Origin: an uncultured Rickettsiales bacterium
GTDB taxonomy: Bacteria; Myxococcota_A; UBA796; UBA9615; CAYRNR01
Reading direction: 5' to 3'
NCBI GenBank assembly: GCA_964584075.1
Contig: CAZOYV010000004.1
Span: 1,131-65,130 of the forward strand
Length of the DNA stretch: 64,000 bases
Every line of letters begins with the position of its first letter. Within the stretch, counting starts at the first letter, position 1. The position numbers and the translations under genes were made by a program. Of the stretch, positions 9,326 through 18,700 are shown one piece after another. The notes below the pieces were generated by a model, which was given only the letters and a program-made list of their open reading frames with translations, was not told the DNA's origin and ran no database searches.

Positions 9326-9984
9326 GCCACCTCCGCGCCCTCGCCCAGGAGGGTGATGTGGGGGAGCGTCTCTCCCCCGGGTTTCCAGTCCTCTGGCGGA
9401 GCCGCCTGGGAGTACACCGCGGCGAAACGGTGAGGGCCCGCCTCTGTGACATAGAATACCTGCAAGCGGCCATCCCGGCGTAGATCATTCGCGCCGGCGA
9501 CCCCGGGCAGCGTCGTCAGCGGCTCCCACGCCTCGCCCGGAGGCTCCACCAGGAAGGTCAGCATCCCCGCCCGATCGAGCTCGGCGCGCAGGTACACCGC
9601 GTCCCCGACGCGCAGGCGATCGTCGGCCTCGAGGCGCGCGGGCGCCTCGGCGTCGGGGTGCTGCACCAGGAAGTCGAGGTGCACCCCCGCGGGGGCCTCG
9701 TCCCCCGTGCCGCGGGGGGTCAGCCCCGCCGCGCTCTCCGCGGGCGGCTGCACGAACCACATCACGGCCACGGCGGCGGCCGCGGCCCCCAGCGCGGAGA
9801 CCGCCGCCACCAGCGCCGTGCGGCGCCACGACGGCCCGCGGCGTTCGGCGCGCAGGCGACCCTGGATGTCCTGGAGCACCGCGCGGTCCAGGTCTCGCGG
9901 CACCGGCTCCCGCGGGAGCAGCGCCGCCAGCGCCTCGACCGGGGGCTCGGGCCCCTCGATGATCACGTCGTCTCGCTGGCTCAT
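9283..9984 (-). CDS. membrane-spanning anti-sigma factor (cognate to upstream ECF sigma)
   Basis: ATGA overlap with the sigma factor stop. Cytoplasmic N-domain, a single TM (ALVAAVSALGAAAAAVAVMWFV) and a periplasmic domain. Position is immediately downstream of the ECF sigma gene. Confidence 0.6.
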   Translation of the reverse strand: MSQRDDVIIEGPEPPVEALAALLPREPVPRDLDRAVLQDIQGRLRAERRGPSWRRTALVAAVSALGAAAAAVAVMWFVQPPAESAAGLTPRGTGDEAPAGVHLDFLVQHPDAEAPARLEADDRLRVGDAVYLRAELDRAGMLTFLVEPPGEAWEPLTTLPGVAGANDLRRDGRLQVFYVTEAGPHRFAAVYSQAAPPEDWKPGGETLPHITLLGEGAEVAWVEVEATVKDASR

Positions 9985-10568
9985 CCCGTCATCTCCTCCG
10001 CAACCGGATCGGCCGAGAGGATCTCTCGGAGCTGTCGGCGCCCGCGGAAGATCGTCATCTTGGCGGCGGCTGCGGTGCAGTCCATCGTCTCGGAGACCTC
10101 CCGCGCGGTGTAGCCGTACAGATCGTGCAGCAACACCGCGGCCCGCCGACGCTCGGGGAGCTTCTCCAGCGCCGCGCGGAGCACCCGCTGCTTCTCTTCC
10201 CGGTAGGCCTCGTGCTCGGGCCCCGGCCGGTGCTCGGAGGGATCGGGCTGCCGGTCGTCGGGGCGCGAGCGGTTCTCGATGTCCCGCCACCCCTTGGACC
10301 GGCTGAGATCGACGCACAGCCGGTAGACGATGGTGTACAGGAACGTCGAGAACTTGGCCGTCGGTTGGTACCGGTGGCGGGACTTGTGCAGCCGCACGAA
10401 AGCCTCGTGGTACACCTCCTCCACCAGATCCTCCCGCGGGACGAAGCGGCGGATGAAGAAGTACACCCGCTCCTTGTGACGCACGTAGAGCTGCTCGAAG
10501 GCACGCTCGTCCCCCTCGCAGTACGCGAGCATGAGGTGTTCGTCCGTCACCATTCCCTCGTCGTCCAT
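9981..10568 (-). CDS. RNA polymerase ECF-type sigma-70 factor
   Basis: Region 2 (LMLAYCEGDERAFEQLYVRHKERVYFFIRRFV) and region 4 (LPERRRAAVLLHDLYGYTAREVSETMDCT...AKMTIFRGRRQLREIL). Start ambiguous between 10553, 10568 and 10601. Confidence 0.85.
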   Translation of the reverse strand: MDDEGMVTDEHLMLAYCEGDERAFEQLYVRHKERVYFFIRRFVPREDLVEEVYHEAFVRLHKSRHRYQPTAKFSTFLYTIVYRLCVDLSRSKGWRDIENRSRPDDRQPDPSEHRPGPEHEAYREEKQRVLRAALEKLPERRRAAVLLHDLYGYTAREVSETMDCTAAAAKMTIFRGRRQLREILSADPVAEEMTG

Positions 10569-10629
10569 CTCAACGATCCCGCGCCGAGAACGGTTCGCCA
10601 CCGTCTCGCCGTCACCAGTCCTTGACGGG

Positions 10630-10655
10630 ATCTTGACACTCGATCTTCGAAGCTG
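10630..10655 (-). promoter_or_regulatory. candidate ECF-type autoregulatory promoter (minus strand GGGAACC ... GTC)
   Basis: Minus strand reads GGGAACC, then about 18 nt, then GTCAAG, roughly 35-60 nt upstream of the sigma factor start. This resembles the ECF -35 GGAAC / -10 CGTC architecture, but the spacing is slightly long. Confidence 0.25.
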
Positions 10656-10892
10656 GTTCCCGAAAAGTGGCCCGGGGGCCCCCCGGGGGGCGGCGGTCGT
10701 TTGCTCCTTCGCGTGCGCCGCGCCCCCGGGAGGCGGGCCGACCCCGGGCGCCCGGCTCCCCCAACTGTTGCTGGCCGGGACGATCCCCGGGGTCGGGGTC
10801 CGGGCCGCCCCCCCATTCGGGCGGCGCCGGCCCGCGGAGGCGCTTCAAGCTCCGTGCCAGCGTCGCGATCCGCACGCCCACGGGCTCCCCGC

Positions 10893-10951
10893 GTCCGGAC
10901 CGTCCGGGCGGCGTCCGAAATCCGGACGGCGCCGACCGGAATTCGGACGCG
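10893..10951. promoter_or_regulatory. cluster of short GC-rich palindromes (GTCCGGAC; CGTCCG-aaatc-CGGACG; CCGAATTCGG) in divergent intergenic region
   Basis: Read directly from the sequence. Three related palindromic/inverted-repeat elements lie within 60 bp, about 130 bp upstream of the 11080 gene. Confidence 0.3.
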
Positions 10952-11079
10952 CGCACGGTAAGAGCGTGGTAGGAGGGAGCGGGGCGCGGCTCGACTAGGG
11001 TGAATAATGCCCGGGGTTGCCGCGACTATTCACGGTACGGGCAGCCCGGCACGGGACCGGATGTCCGGAGGAGAGGACG

Positions 11080-13167
11080 ATGGCGAGCGGGCTCGGTCGA
11101 TGGCTCAAGACTCTCGTCTCCCGGGGCAGCGGGACCGACCAGGAGCGCTACCTGGCCATCGACGACCTCGAGAACGGGTACTACAACTACCGCCTTATGC
11201 GCTTCCGCTCGGACGGCGATCTGGTCCGCTACCCCGACTACATCTGGAGCAGCGCGGGCTACTGGGCCGCCCGCGGGGGGCTGAGCGTGCACCTCGAGGA
11301 GCTGGCCGAGGCGCTCGAGGGCGCGATCTACTCGGACATCCTGGTCGTGCTCAACCGCGAGGACCGCAAGCGCTGCCTCGAGCGGCTGGTGATGCCCTGG
11401 GACGACCAGCTCGAGGCCCTCGTCGACAAGCAGGTCGAGCGCATGATCGCCGAGCGCGGCTGGCGGCTGGCGACCCCCGGGCGCCCGGTCCGGATGCGCG
11501 TGGTCGGCGACGGCGACGTGGCGATGGGCGGCGAGCCGGTGGGGCTCGAGGAGGGGGAGTTCGCCACGGCGCTGCTGCCGTCGCTGTACCACGGCCCGGT
11601 GGAGAGCTCGAGGCCGCTGGCCGAGGTGTTCGTGCGGGTGCCCAAGGAGGTGGGCGGCAAGGGCGGCTTCCGGTCGGTGGGGACGTTCTACGACGACCAG
11701 CTGGCGTTCACGATCGGGCGGCACTGGCTGGACAACGGGCGGGACCCGCTCCTGCCCGCCTCGGCGCTGTACACCCTGCACCGCTTCCCGGGGCAGACCG
11801 AGATCAACCACCGGCTCAACGCCGACCTGGCCGACCGCTACTCGATGGTCCGCACCAGCTCCAGCCAGGGCGACACGATCACGATCCAGGACACCGCGTC
11901 GTCGCGCCCGGTGCTCGAGGTGATGCTGATCCCCGACGGGGTCGAGCGCACCCGGTCCCCGCAGCGCGATCCGCGCCCCGCCGCGGGAGACCCGCTGGGG
12001 ACGCTGATCCCCGACGGGGAGCCGGCCTTCGGCGGGCTGACGATGATCCCCGAGCCCGAGCCGGTGCCGTCGCTGGTGCTCAGCCGCCGGGCGGTGCTGC
12101 TGCAGCGCGTGCACTTCTCCGGGGTGATGCGCGGGTACCACATGGACGTCACCGCCGACGGCACGATCGTGCCGCAGCACCCGGCCCCGGCGGCCCGCTT
12201 CCGGGTCGAGGACGGCGAGGTCCACTTCGAGCCGCTGCGCCGCGACATCACCCTCGACGGGGTGCCGACCCGCGCGGGCCGGCGCCAGCTGCTGGACAAG
12301 CTGGTCCACACGGTGTGCTTCGGCACCGTCACGCTGGAGTACCGCGCCGCGCCGCGGCGGGACGACCCGCGCTGGCCGTACCTGGCCGAGATCACGGTCC
12401 CCGCCGAGCCCACCGAGCTGGCGGTCGGGGGCACCTACCGGGTCGGGCGCGACCGCCGCAAGTGCGAGATCCCGCTGCCCGATCGCGCGGTGATCGAGAA
12501 CATCCTGTGGCACCCGTCGGTCAACCGGCAGGGGGCGATCCGGACCCGCACCGGCGAGGTCCCGGTGGAGTCGTTCACCACCGACTCGATCATGGTCGCC
12601 GGCCGCCACGCCGAGCTCGACCTGCGCGGCTCCGAGCCCAAGGTCCGGGCGCTGAGCAAGGTCTGCCCGGTGTTCGTCCGCCGCGCCGACAAGTCGGTGC
12701 TGCGCCTGATCGCCCGCGAGGGCAGCACCGCCCAGCCGCTGGCCGCCGGCGACGAGCTGCTGATCGGCAACGCGCTGTTCCGCGTGATCCTGCCCGGTGG
12801 CGCCCAGGGGCTGCTCCACACCACGACCAAGCTGCGGCCGCCCGCCGACCTGACGCCACCGCCGGAGGGCGCCCGCCACGACGACCCGTCGTTCCTCGAT
12901 CCCCCCGAGCCGGAGATCGCCGATCCCGACTCGCTGCACGACCTGACCGACCTGCCCTCGCTGCCCGGAGACGAGTCCGCGCACGAGCGGCAGGTGGTCG
13001 CCGCGGTGCAGGCCGGGGACGAACCCGCCAGCCCTCGCGACCCCGAGCGCGATCCACCGGGGTGGTACGGAGACCTGCCCAAGATGCTGCGCAGCCGCCT
13101 GGCGCTGCCCGAGCTGGGGGTCGACACCATCTCGCTGGACGAGTCGCTCACGGTGGCGGAGGGCTAG
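11080..13167 (+). CDS. hypothetical protein with degenerate C-terminal FHA-like domain
   Basis: GGAGGAGAGG RBS before ATG 11080. Natural composition over about 695 aa. FHA-like segment ...TYRVGRDRRKCEIPLPDRAV...GDELLIGNALFRVIL. First gene of a three-gene plus-strand operon. Confidence 0.6.
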   Translation: MASGLGRWLKTLVSRGSGTDQERYLAIDDLENGYYNYRLMRFRSDGDLVRYPDYIWSSAGYWAARGGLSVHLEELAEALEGAIYSDILVVLNREDRKRCLERLVMPWDDQLEALVDKQVERMIAERGWRLATPGRPVRMRVVGDGDVAMGGEPVGLEEGEFATALLPSLYHGPVESSRPLAEVFVRVPKEVGGKGGFRSVGTFYDDQLAFTIGRHWLDNGRDPLLPASALYTLHRFPGQTEINHRLNADLADRYSMVRTSSSQGDTITIQDTASSRPVLEVMLIPDGVERTRSPQRDPRPAAGDPLGTLIPDGEPAFGGLTMIPEPEPVPSLVLSRRAVLLQRVHFSGVMRGYHMDVTADGTIVPQHPAPAARFRVEDGEVHFEPLRRDITLDGVPTRAGRRQLLDKLVHTVCFGTVTLEYRAAPRRDDPRWPYLAEITVPAEPTELAVGGTYRVGRDRRKCEIPLPDRAVIENILWHPSVNRQGAIRTRTGEVPVESFTTDSIMVAGRHAELDLRGSEPKVRALSKVCPVFVRRADKSVLRLIAREGSTAQPLAAGDELLIGNALFRVILPGGAQGLLHTTTKLRPPADLTPPPEGARHDDPSFLDPPEPEIADPDSLHDLTDLPSLPGDESAHERQVVAAVQAGDEPASPRDPERDPPGWYGDLPKMLRSRLALPELGVDTISLDESLTVAEG

Positions 13168-13177
13168 GAGCCCGCCG

Positions 13178-15766
13178 GTGCCGGCGACGTTCCACCTCGC
13201 CTGGGCCGGCCTGCTGACGCTGCTGCTCGCGATGGCGCTCGGTGCGCCGGCGCGGACGTCCGCGCGCCCCGCGGCGCTGGCCCCCCAGCTCGCCGCCGGG
13301 GTCCTCGTGCTGGCCCTGCTCGCCGCGGCGCTGGGGCCGGCGGGGGGGGAGCGCGGCCCGGCGCTGGAGGCGTGGCGCGTGCGGGTCGGAGCGGGCGACG
13401 GCCCCGCCGTGCTGGGCACCGACGCCCGCTGCGACGTGGTGCTCGCCGACCCCCACGGCGACGCCGTCCACGCCGAGGTGACGTTCCCCGCCGGGGGACC
13501 GGCGATCCACAACCTGTCGGCCGCCCGCCGGGTCGAGCGCGACGGGATCGAGATCCACGACCCGGCGCTGCAGGTCGGGGACCGCCTGCTGCTGGGCGAC
13601 CGGGGCTGGACCGTCGCCCGGATCGGCGAGGCGTGGCCGGGGATCGTGCTGCGCGGCGACGACGGCGCCCGGCTGCGCCTGCGGCCCCCGCTGCGGCGGG
13701 CGCTGGCCGGGGCGTGGCCCGGGTCGGAGCTGGAGACCGCGGTGGCGTGGCTGGACGCCGACCGTGGCGAGTGGGAGACCCGCCGCCCCGAGGTCCCCAC
13801 CGGCCCGGTGGCCGAGCTGGCGCTCCGCGGGCGCTCCGCCCTGCTGCGCTACCCCACCGCCGGCGACCGCGCCGCCCACCCCCTGCGCGCCGAGCTGGGG
13901 GGGGCGCCCGCGCTGCGCCCCGCCGACCGGGCCGCCCCGCTCCACGAGGGCGACGAGCTGACGCTGGGCTACACGCGCTACCGCGTCGCGATCGGCCCCG
14001 ACGGCTCGCTGTCGCTGGAGGTCGTCGGGACGCCTCCGCGGCGGGCGTTCGACCCCGACGACGGCCTGCTCGCGATCGGCCCCGGGGGGGACCTGCCGTG
14101 GTCCACCGGTCGCCCCGTGCACCTCCAGGTGCGGCGCGGCGAGGAGCCCGGCGAGCTGTGGATGATCAGCACGGATCCCGGCTGGGTCCTGGGCCGCCGC
14201 CAGGGCTACCTGTGGCTCCACCCGCGCGGGGGCTCCACCCGCCCGGCCGAGCCGCAGCTGCTGCGTCGCGGGTCGGGGCTGATCGTCAGCGGCCCCCGCC
14301 ACGAGGCCGTCTACCGCTACCGCGCGGCGCCGACCGTCGCGGCCCTGCTCGCCGGCGAGGAGCCGGGGACCCCGGAGGCGCGGTTCTGGCGCGCCGCTGC
14401 CCTCGCGGCGGCCCTGTACCTCGTCCTGATCGTCCTGCTCCACCGCGCGGGGGTCCTGCACCTGCGCAACGCCGCCATGCTGCACGGGGCCGTGCTGCTG
14501 TTCGGCCTCGGCCTGGCGGTGTTGCTCGAGCTGTCCCCGCCGGGCGACCCGCGCCGCGCGGAGCTGGCGGCGCGCCAGGCGTGGTTCGGGGTCCTGGGGC
14601 TCGGCGCCGGGGCGGCCGCCGCGGCGGCGTGGTGGGCGGGCACCCGCTGGCGCGGCCGCGCGGCCCTCCCCGGGCGCTGGCTGCGGTTCCTCGAGGCGCC
14701 GCTGGGGGGGCGCCGCTGGGGCCACCTGCGGCCGCTGTCGCTGTCGCGCGTCAGCCTGCTGTGGGGGCTGGCGGCGGCGGTCCTGGCCCTGCAGCTGCCG
14801 TTCGGCGAGCGCGGCCTGCCGGTCCCGCTGCTGGGCTCGGCCCAGCCGGTGGAGGCGGCCAAGGCGCTGCTGATGGTCTACGCCGCGTTCCTCGCGGTGC
14901 GGGCGCTGGAGGACAAGCGGGCGCGGCGGGCAGGTCCCGAGGGGCTGGTGCGGCGCTGGTCGTACATGCTGCACGCCATCCCGATCGTCGCCATCGCGGC
15001 GCTGTGCTACGGCCTCGAGGACTTCTCCCCGGTGCTGATCGTGGGGCTGTTCCTGTGGACGATGTACCTGCTGTCGCTGCGGACCCCGGCGCGGTCGTTC
15101 TGGCCCCCGCGCCGGTGGCTGCAGAACGTCTACGTCGAGCAGGCGGTCCTGGTCGGGCTGGCCGTGGGTGCGGTGACGCTGGCGGCCTCGCTGGGGCACG
15201 GCACGGTCGCCGATCGCTTCGCCGCGTGGTCCGACCCGTGGCACCGCACCACCACGTCGGGGCAGTTCGTCGCGTCGCTGTGGATGGTGATCGACGGGGG
15301 CGTCCTGGGCCGCGGCTTCGGGAGCCCGCTCCCGCCGCTGCCTCCGGCGGCCCACGACGACTTCGTGCTCTCGGTGCTGGCCAACCGCACCGGGCTGGTC
15401 GGCCTGCTGCTCGTCGCCGCGACGCTGGGCGCGATGGTGGCCGGGGGGTTCGCCGCGATCCGGGCGATCGGCCCCGCGACCCGCCCCGACCTGGCCGGGC
15501 TGGGCTGGCTCGAGCGGGCGCGGATGCTGGGCGTCTCGGCGCTGGTGATGCTCTCGATCCAGAGCGCCGTGGTGTTCGCCTCGGTGACCGGCTGGGCGCC
15601 CGTGATGGGCCAGCCGATGCCGTTCGTCGCCGCCGGCGGCTCGCACCTGCTGCTGCTGGGCGTGCCCGTCGTGGCGCTGCTGCTGGCCTCGACCCGGTAC
15701 CAACCGGCGGCGCGGCGCGTCGCGGCGCCGAGATCGGAGGTGGAGCGTGGCGAGCGGGCGGCCTGA
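13178..15766 (+). CDS. SEDS-family (RodA/FtsW-like) peptidoglycan polymerase with long N-terminal extension containing FHA-like modules
   Basis: C-terminal half carries SEDS signature blocks: QPVEAAKALLMVYAAFL (cf. QPSEFAK), HDDFVLSVLANRTG (cf. DFIFSVI), MPFVAAGGSHLLLLG (cf. LPFVSYGGSS). The N-terminal half has FHA-like LGTDARCDVVLADPHGDAVHAEVTF...GDRLLLG. GTG start at 13178. Confidence 0.75.
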   Translation: MPATFHLAWAGLLTLLLAMALGAPARTSARPAALAPQLAAGVLVLALLAAALGPAGGERGPALEAWRVRVGAGDGPAVLGTDARCDVVLADPHGDAVHAEVTFPAGGPAIHNLSAARRVERDGIEIHDPALQVGDRLLLGDRGWTVARIGEAWPGIVLRGDDGARLRLRPPLRRALAGAWPGSELETAVAWLDADRGEWETRRPEVPTGPVAELALRGRSALLRYPTAGDRAAHPLRAELGGAPALRPADRAAPLHEGDELTLGYTRYRVAIGPDGSLSLEVVGTPPRRAFDPDDGLLAIGPGGDLPWSTGRPVHLQVRRGEEPGELWMISTDPGWVLGRRQGYLWLHPRGGSTRPAEPQLLRRGSGLIVSGPRHEAVYRYRAAPTVAALLAGEEPGTPEARFWRAAALAAALYLVLIVLLHRAGVLHLRNAAMLHGAVLLFGLGLAVLLELSPPGDPRRAELAARQAWFGVLGLGAGAAAAAAWWAGTRWRGRAALPGRWLRFLEAPLGGRRWGHLRPLSLSRVSLLWGLAAAVLALQLPFGERGLPVPLLGSAQPVEAAKALLMVYAAFLAVRALEDKRARRAGPEGLVRRWSYMLHAIPIVAIAALCYGLEDFSPVLIVGLFLWTMYLLSLRTPARSFWPPRRWLQNVYVEQAVLVGLAVGAVTLAASLGHGTVADRFAAWSDPWHRTTTSGQFVASLWMVIDGGVLGRGFGSPLPPLPPAAHDDFVLSVLANRTGLVGLLLVAATLGAMVAGGFAAIRAIGPATRPDLAGLGWLERARMLGVSALVMLSIQSAVVFASVTGWAPVMGQPMPFVAAGGSHLLLLGVPVVALLLASTRYQPAARRVAAPRSEVERGERAA

Positions 15767-18700
15767 GCCGCGGGCGCGGTGGCTGGCGCGAGCCCAGCGG
15801 ATGCTGGTGCTGGCTGGCGTGGTCGCCGTGGCCGCGCTGGGGCTCCGGCTCGGACAGGTGCGGCGGGCCGCCAGCGAGCAGGCCCGGATGGCGCTGGTGG
15901 CCGTCCCCGTCGACGACCTCGGCGGGGGGTTCGTCGTCCGGCCCACCCGCCGCGGGTACCGCCTGCGCCACGGGGAGGGCGGCGCCACGGCGCTGCGCGA
16001 CGGCGACCGGTTCACCGTCGCCGGGACCGAGGTGACGTTCCACGGTCCCGATCGGGGGCGCCCGGGGGACGATCAGGTGTGGTCGGTGGTGCTGTCGACC
16101 CCGCTGCGCGTGCTCGCCGCGCGCGAGACCGACCGGGGGCCCCGCGGCGGGTACCGCCGGATCGACATCGGCGGCGACCCGGCCGGGGCGGCCAGCGGCA
16201 CCCGCGACCGGATCTTCGTCGACCCCGAGGCCGTGGCGGACGCGCTGGACGGTCCGGCGCGGGAGGCGTTCGAGCGGACCCGCGGGGTCGCCCACCTGCT
16301 GCCCGCCGAGGGCGAGGTGTTCCGCCTCGAGCAGCGCTCGTTCCGGGTGGTCGCCGAGATCGAGGGGCTGGAACGGGTCCGCGGCGGCGAGCGGGAGGCG
16401 CTGGCGGTCGGCGCCGCGACCGAGCTGTGGTCCGGCGACCGCGTCGTGGGCCCGGGCCTCGATCTGCGCTTCGACGTCGAGGAGCGCCTCCGCTCCGCCC
16501 CGGTGCGCGACCGCGCCGGCGCGGTCGTGGCCCAGCGCGCGATCGCCGAGCCGGCGCTGGTGGTCCGTGCCCCGGCGCCGGCACCCCGCGACGCCCGGCC
16601 CCGGGCCTACCTGTCCGGCGCGGACCGCGACGGCGAGCCGTTCGTCCTCGCGCTCGCTCCGGATCGCCCGACGCTGCTGTACGGCGCCCGCGACCGGCTG
16701 CGCCCGCTCGACGGCCACGTGATCCCCCGCACCTGGACCGACGAGGCGCGGATCGAGGCGTTCGACGCCGCGGTGGCGGCCCGCGCGATCACGCTGCGGC
16801 GCGGGTTCCTCCACGTCGCCGGCCCCGACGACCCCGCCGCCGCCCACCTCGCGGCCCTCGACCCGACCGTGGTGCGGGCGCTGCGCGACGAGGTCGAGCG
16901 CTACAACCGCGGGCAGGTCCCCGCGACGGTGCAGGTGAGCGGGACCCTGGGCGACGACGCCCTGGACCGCCCCGCCGGCTGGACGATGCGGATCGACGGA
17001 GAGCCCCGCACGCTCGCGGGCCTCTCGCCCGGGGAGCGCGGCCTGCAGCTCCCGCCGCCGGGCGACCTGGACCCCGCCGCGCTGCCGGCCGGGGCGCGGC
17101 GCGAGTGGACGCTGCACCGCGCCGTGGTCGCCGCCGAGCCCGGGGTGGCCCGCGTCGAGGTCGCGTCCGGGCTCCCCGTCGCGGTCACGCTCGACGGCGA
17201 GCTGCTGGGCCACGTCCGGGGCGAGCCCCTGGCGGTCGAGCGCCCGCTGGAGGCCGGCGCCCACGAGCTGATCCTGACGGTCCGGTACCAGGGCCGCCCG
17301 GACGACCACGGGACCGCGGCAGGGGTCCGCGCCGAGCTCGACGGCGCCCGCCTCGTCGACGCCCACGCCGGCCGCACGCGCTTCGCCGGCTGGACCGAGC
17401 GCGCCGACGGGGGCCGGCTGTGGGGTCCCGCGGAGGCCGACGCCAGCGGCGCGCTGTGGCTCGCCGGGGGTGCCCCGCTGGGCCGCGACGACGAGGCCTA
17501 CCTGCAGCTGCGCTTCGACGCCCCCCGCGCGGGCCCCTCGATCCTGCGGCTGGAGACCGCCGGCGAGCTCGCCGATGCCCACCTCAACGGCGCGGCGCTC
17601 CCGGCCGACGCGCTGCCCTTCCTGCCGGGGGAGTCGGCGGCGCTCGCGGTCCCGCTCCGCCGCGGCAGCAACCTGCTGGCGCTACGCGTGCGCCAGCCGA
17701 CCGCGCTGCCCGACGAACCCCGCGGAGGCGTGCGGCTCCGGGCCGTGGACGGCACCCTCGTGGGCCTCGCCCCCGACGCGGGCCACCGCTCGATGGCCGA
17801 CCCCGACCGCGAGGACGGCGGGCCCGCGCTGGTCACCCGGCGCCCGGCGGGCGAGGGCGTCCGCCTGGTCGTGGCCCGGGGGATCCCCGGCCTCCCGGAG
17901 GGCACCGAGTGGTGGGTCGGGCCCGCCGCGGGCGTCCCCGCGGCGCTGCTGCTGGCCCCCGCGGAGGCGCCCGTCGGCGGGGAGGTCCTGGCGCTGGAGG
18001 AGGGGCTGACGGTCCGCTGCGACAGCGCCGGCGACGCCCCGTTCACCGTGGTCAACCGCAGCCCGCACGACGCGGCCCTGTTCCGCCAGCTGGACCCGAT
18101 GCGGCGGCCCTACCAGCCGTTCGGCGGGTTCCTCGTCCGGGCCGGGTGGCGCCAGCCGCTGCGACACGACCGTGACGCGGTGCGGGGCTCGTCCGCCCAG
18201 GCGACCTACCGGGTCGGCGCGCCCACCGCGGTGGCCGCCGCCGTCACGCTGGCCCGCGCGGACGGCCTCCACTGCCTGCGCGTGGACGGGGATTCCCGCC
18301 TGCTGGTCCCCCCCGATCTGGACGCCGCGGACCACCTGCAGCTCGGGCTGCGGGACGGCGCGCCGGTCCTCGAGGCAGCCGCGCCGGGGACCACGGTCTT
18401 CCGCGACGGCGTGGTGCGGCACGAGGTCGGCGGCGCGGGGGACCTCCCGCTGGGGCTGGCCTCCGGCGACGCCCTGTCGCTCCCCGGCACCGGCCTGCTG
18501 CTGGTGGTGGACGACGAGCTCGACGTGGTGACCGCCGGCGCTCCGCTCGAGGCGAGCCTCGGGCCGGTGGCCGGGGCGGCCCGCCGGCTGACCGCCGCCC
18601 ACCGGGCCCGGCGGGACGGTGACCGGGTCGAGCTGACCGTCGAGCCGCTGCTCCAGCTGGCCGCCGAGGACGAGCTCGAGGCCCAGCTCGAGCGGGCCGA

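Noticed and set aside
11026-13800. 924-aa minus-strand ORF
   Set aside because: Antisense to the FHA-like and SEDS genes. Composition dominated by R/A/G/P/S. No start context.
13148-17582. 955-aa and 943-aa minus-strand ORFs
   Set aside because: Shadow frames of the SEDS and PBP-like genes. Extreme Arg/Pro/Gly bias.
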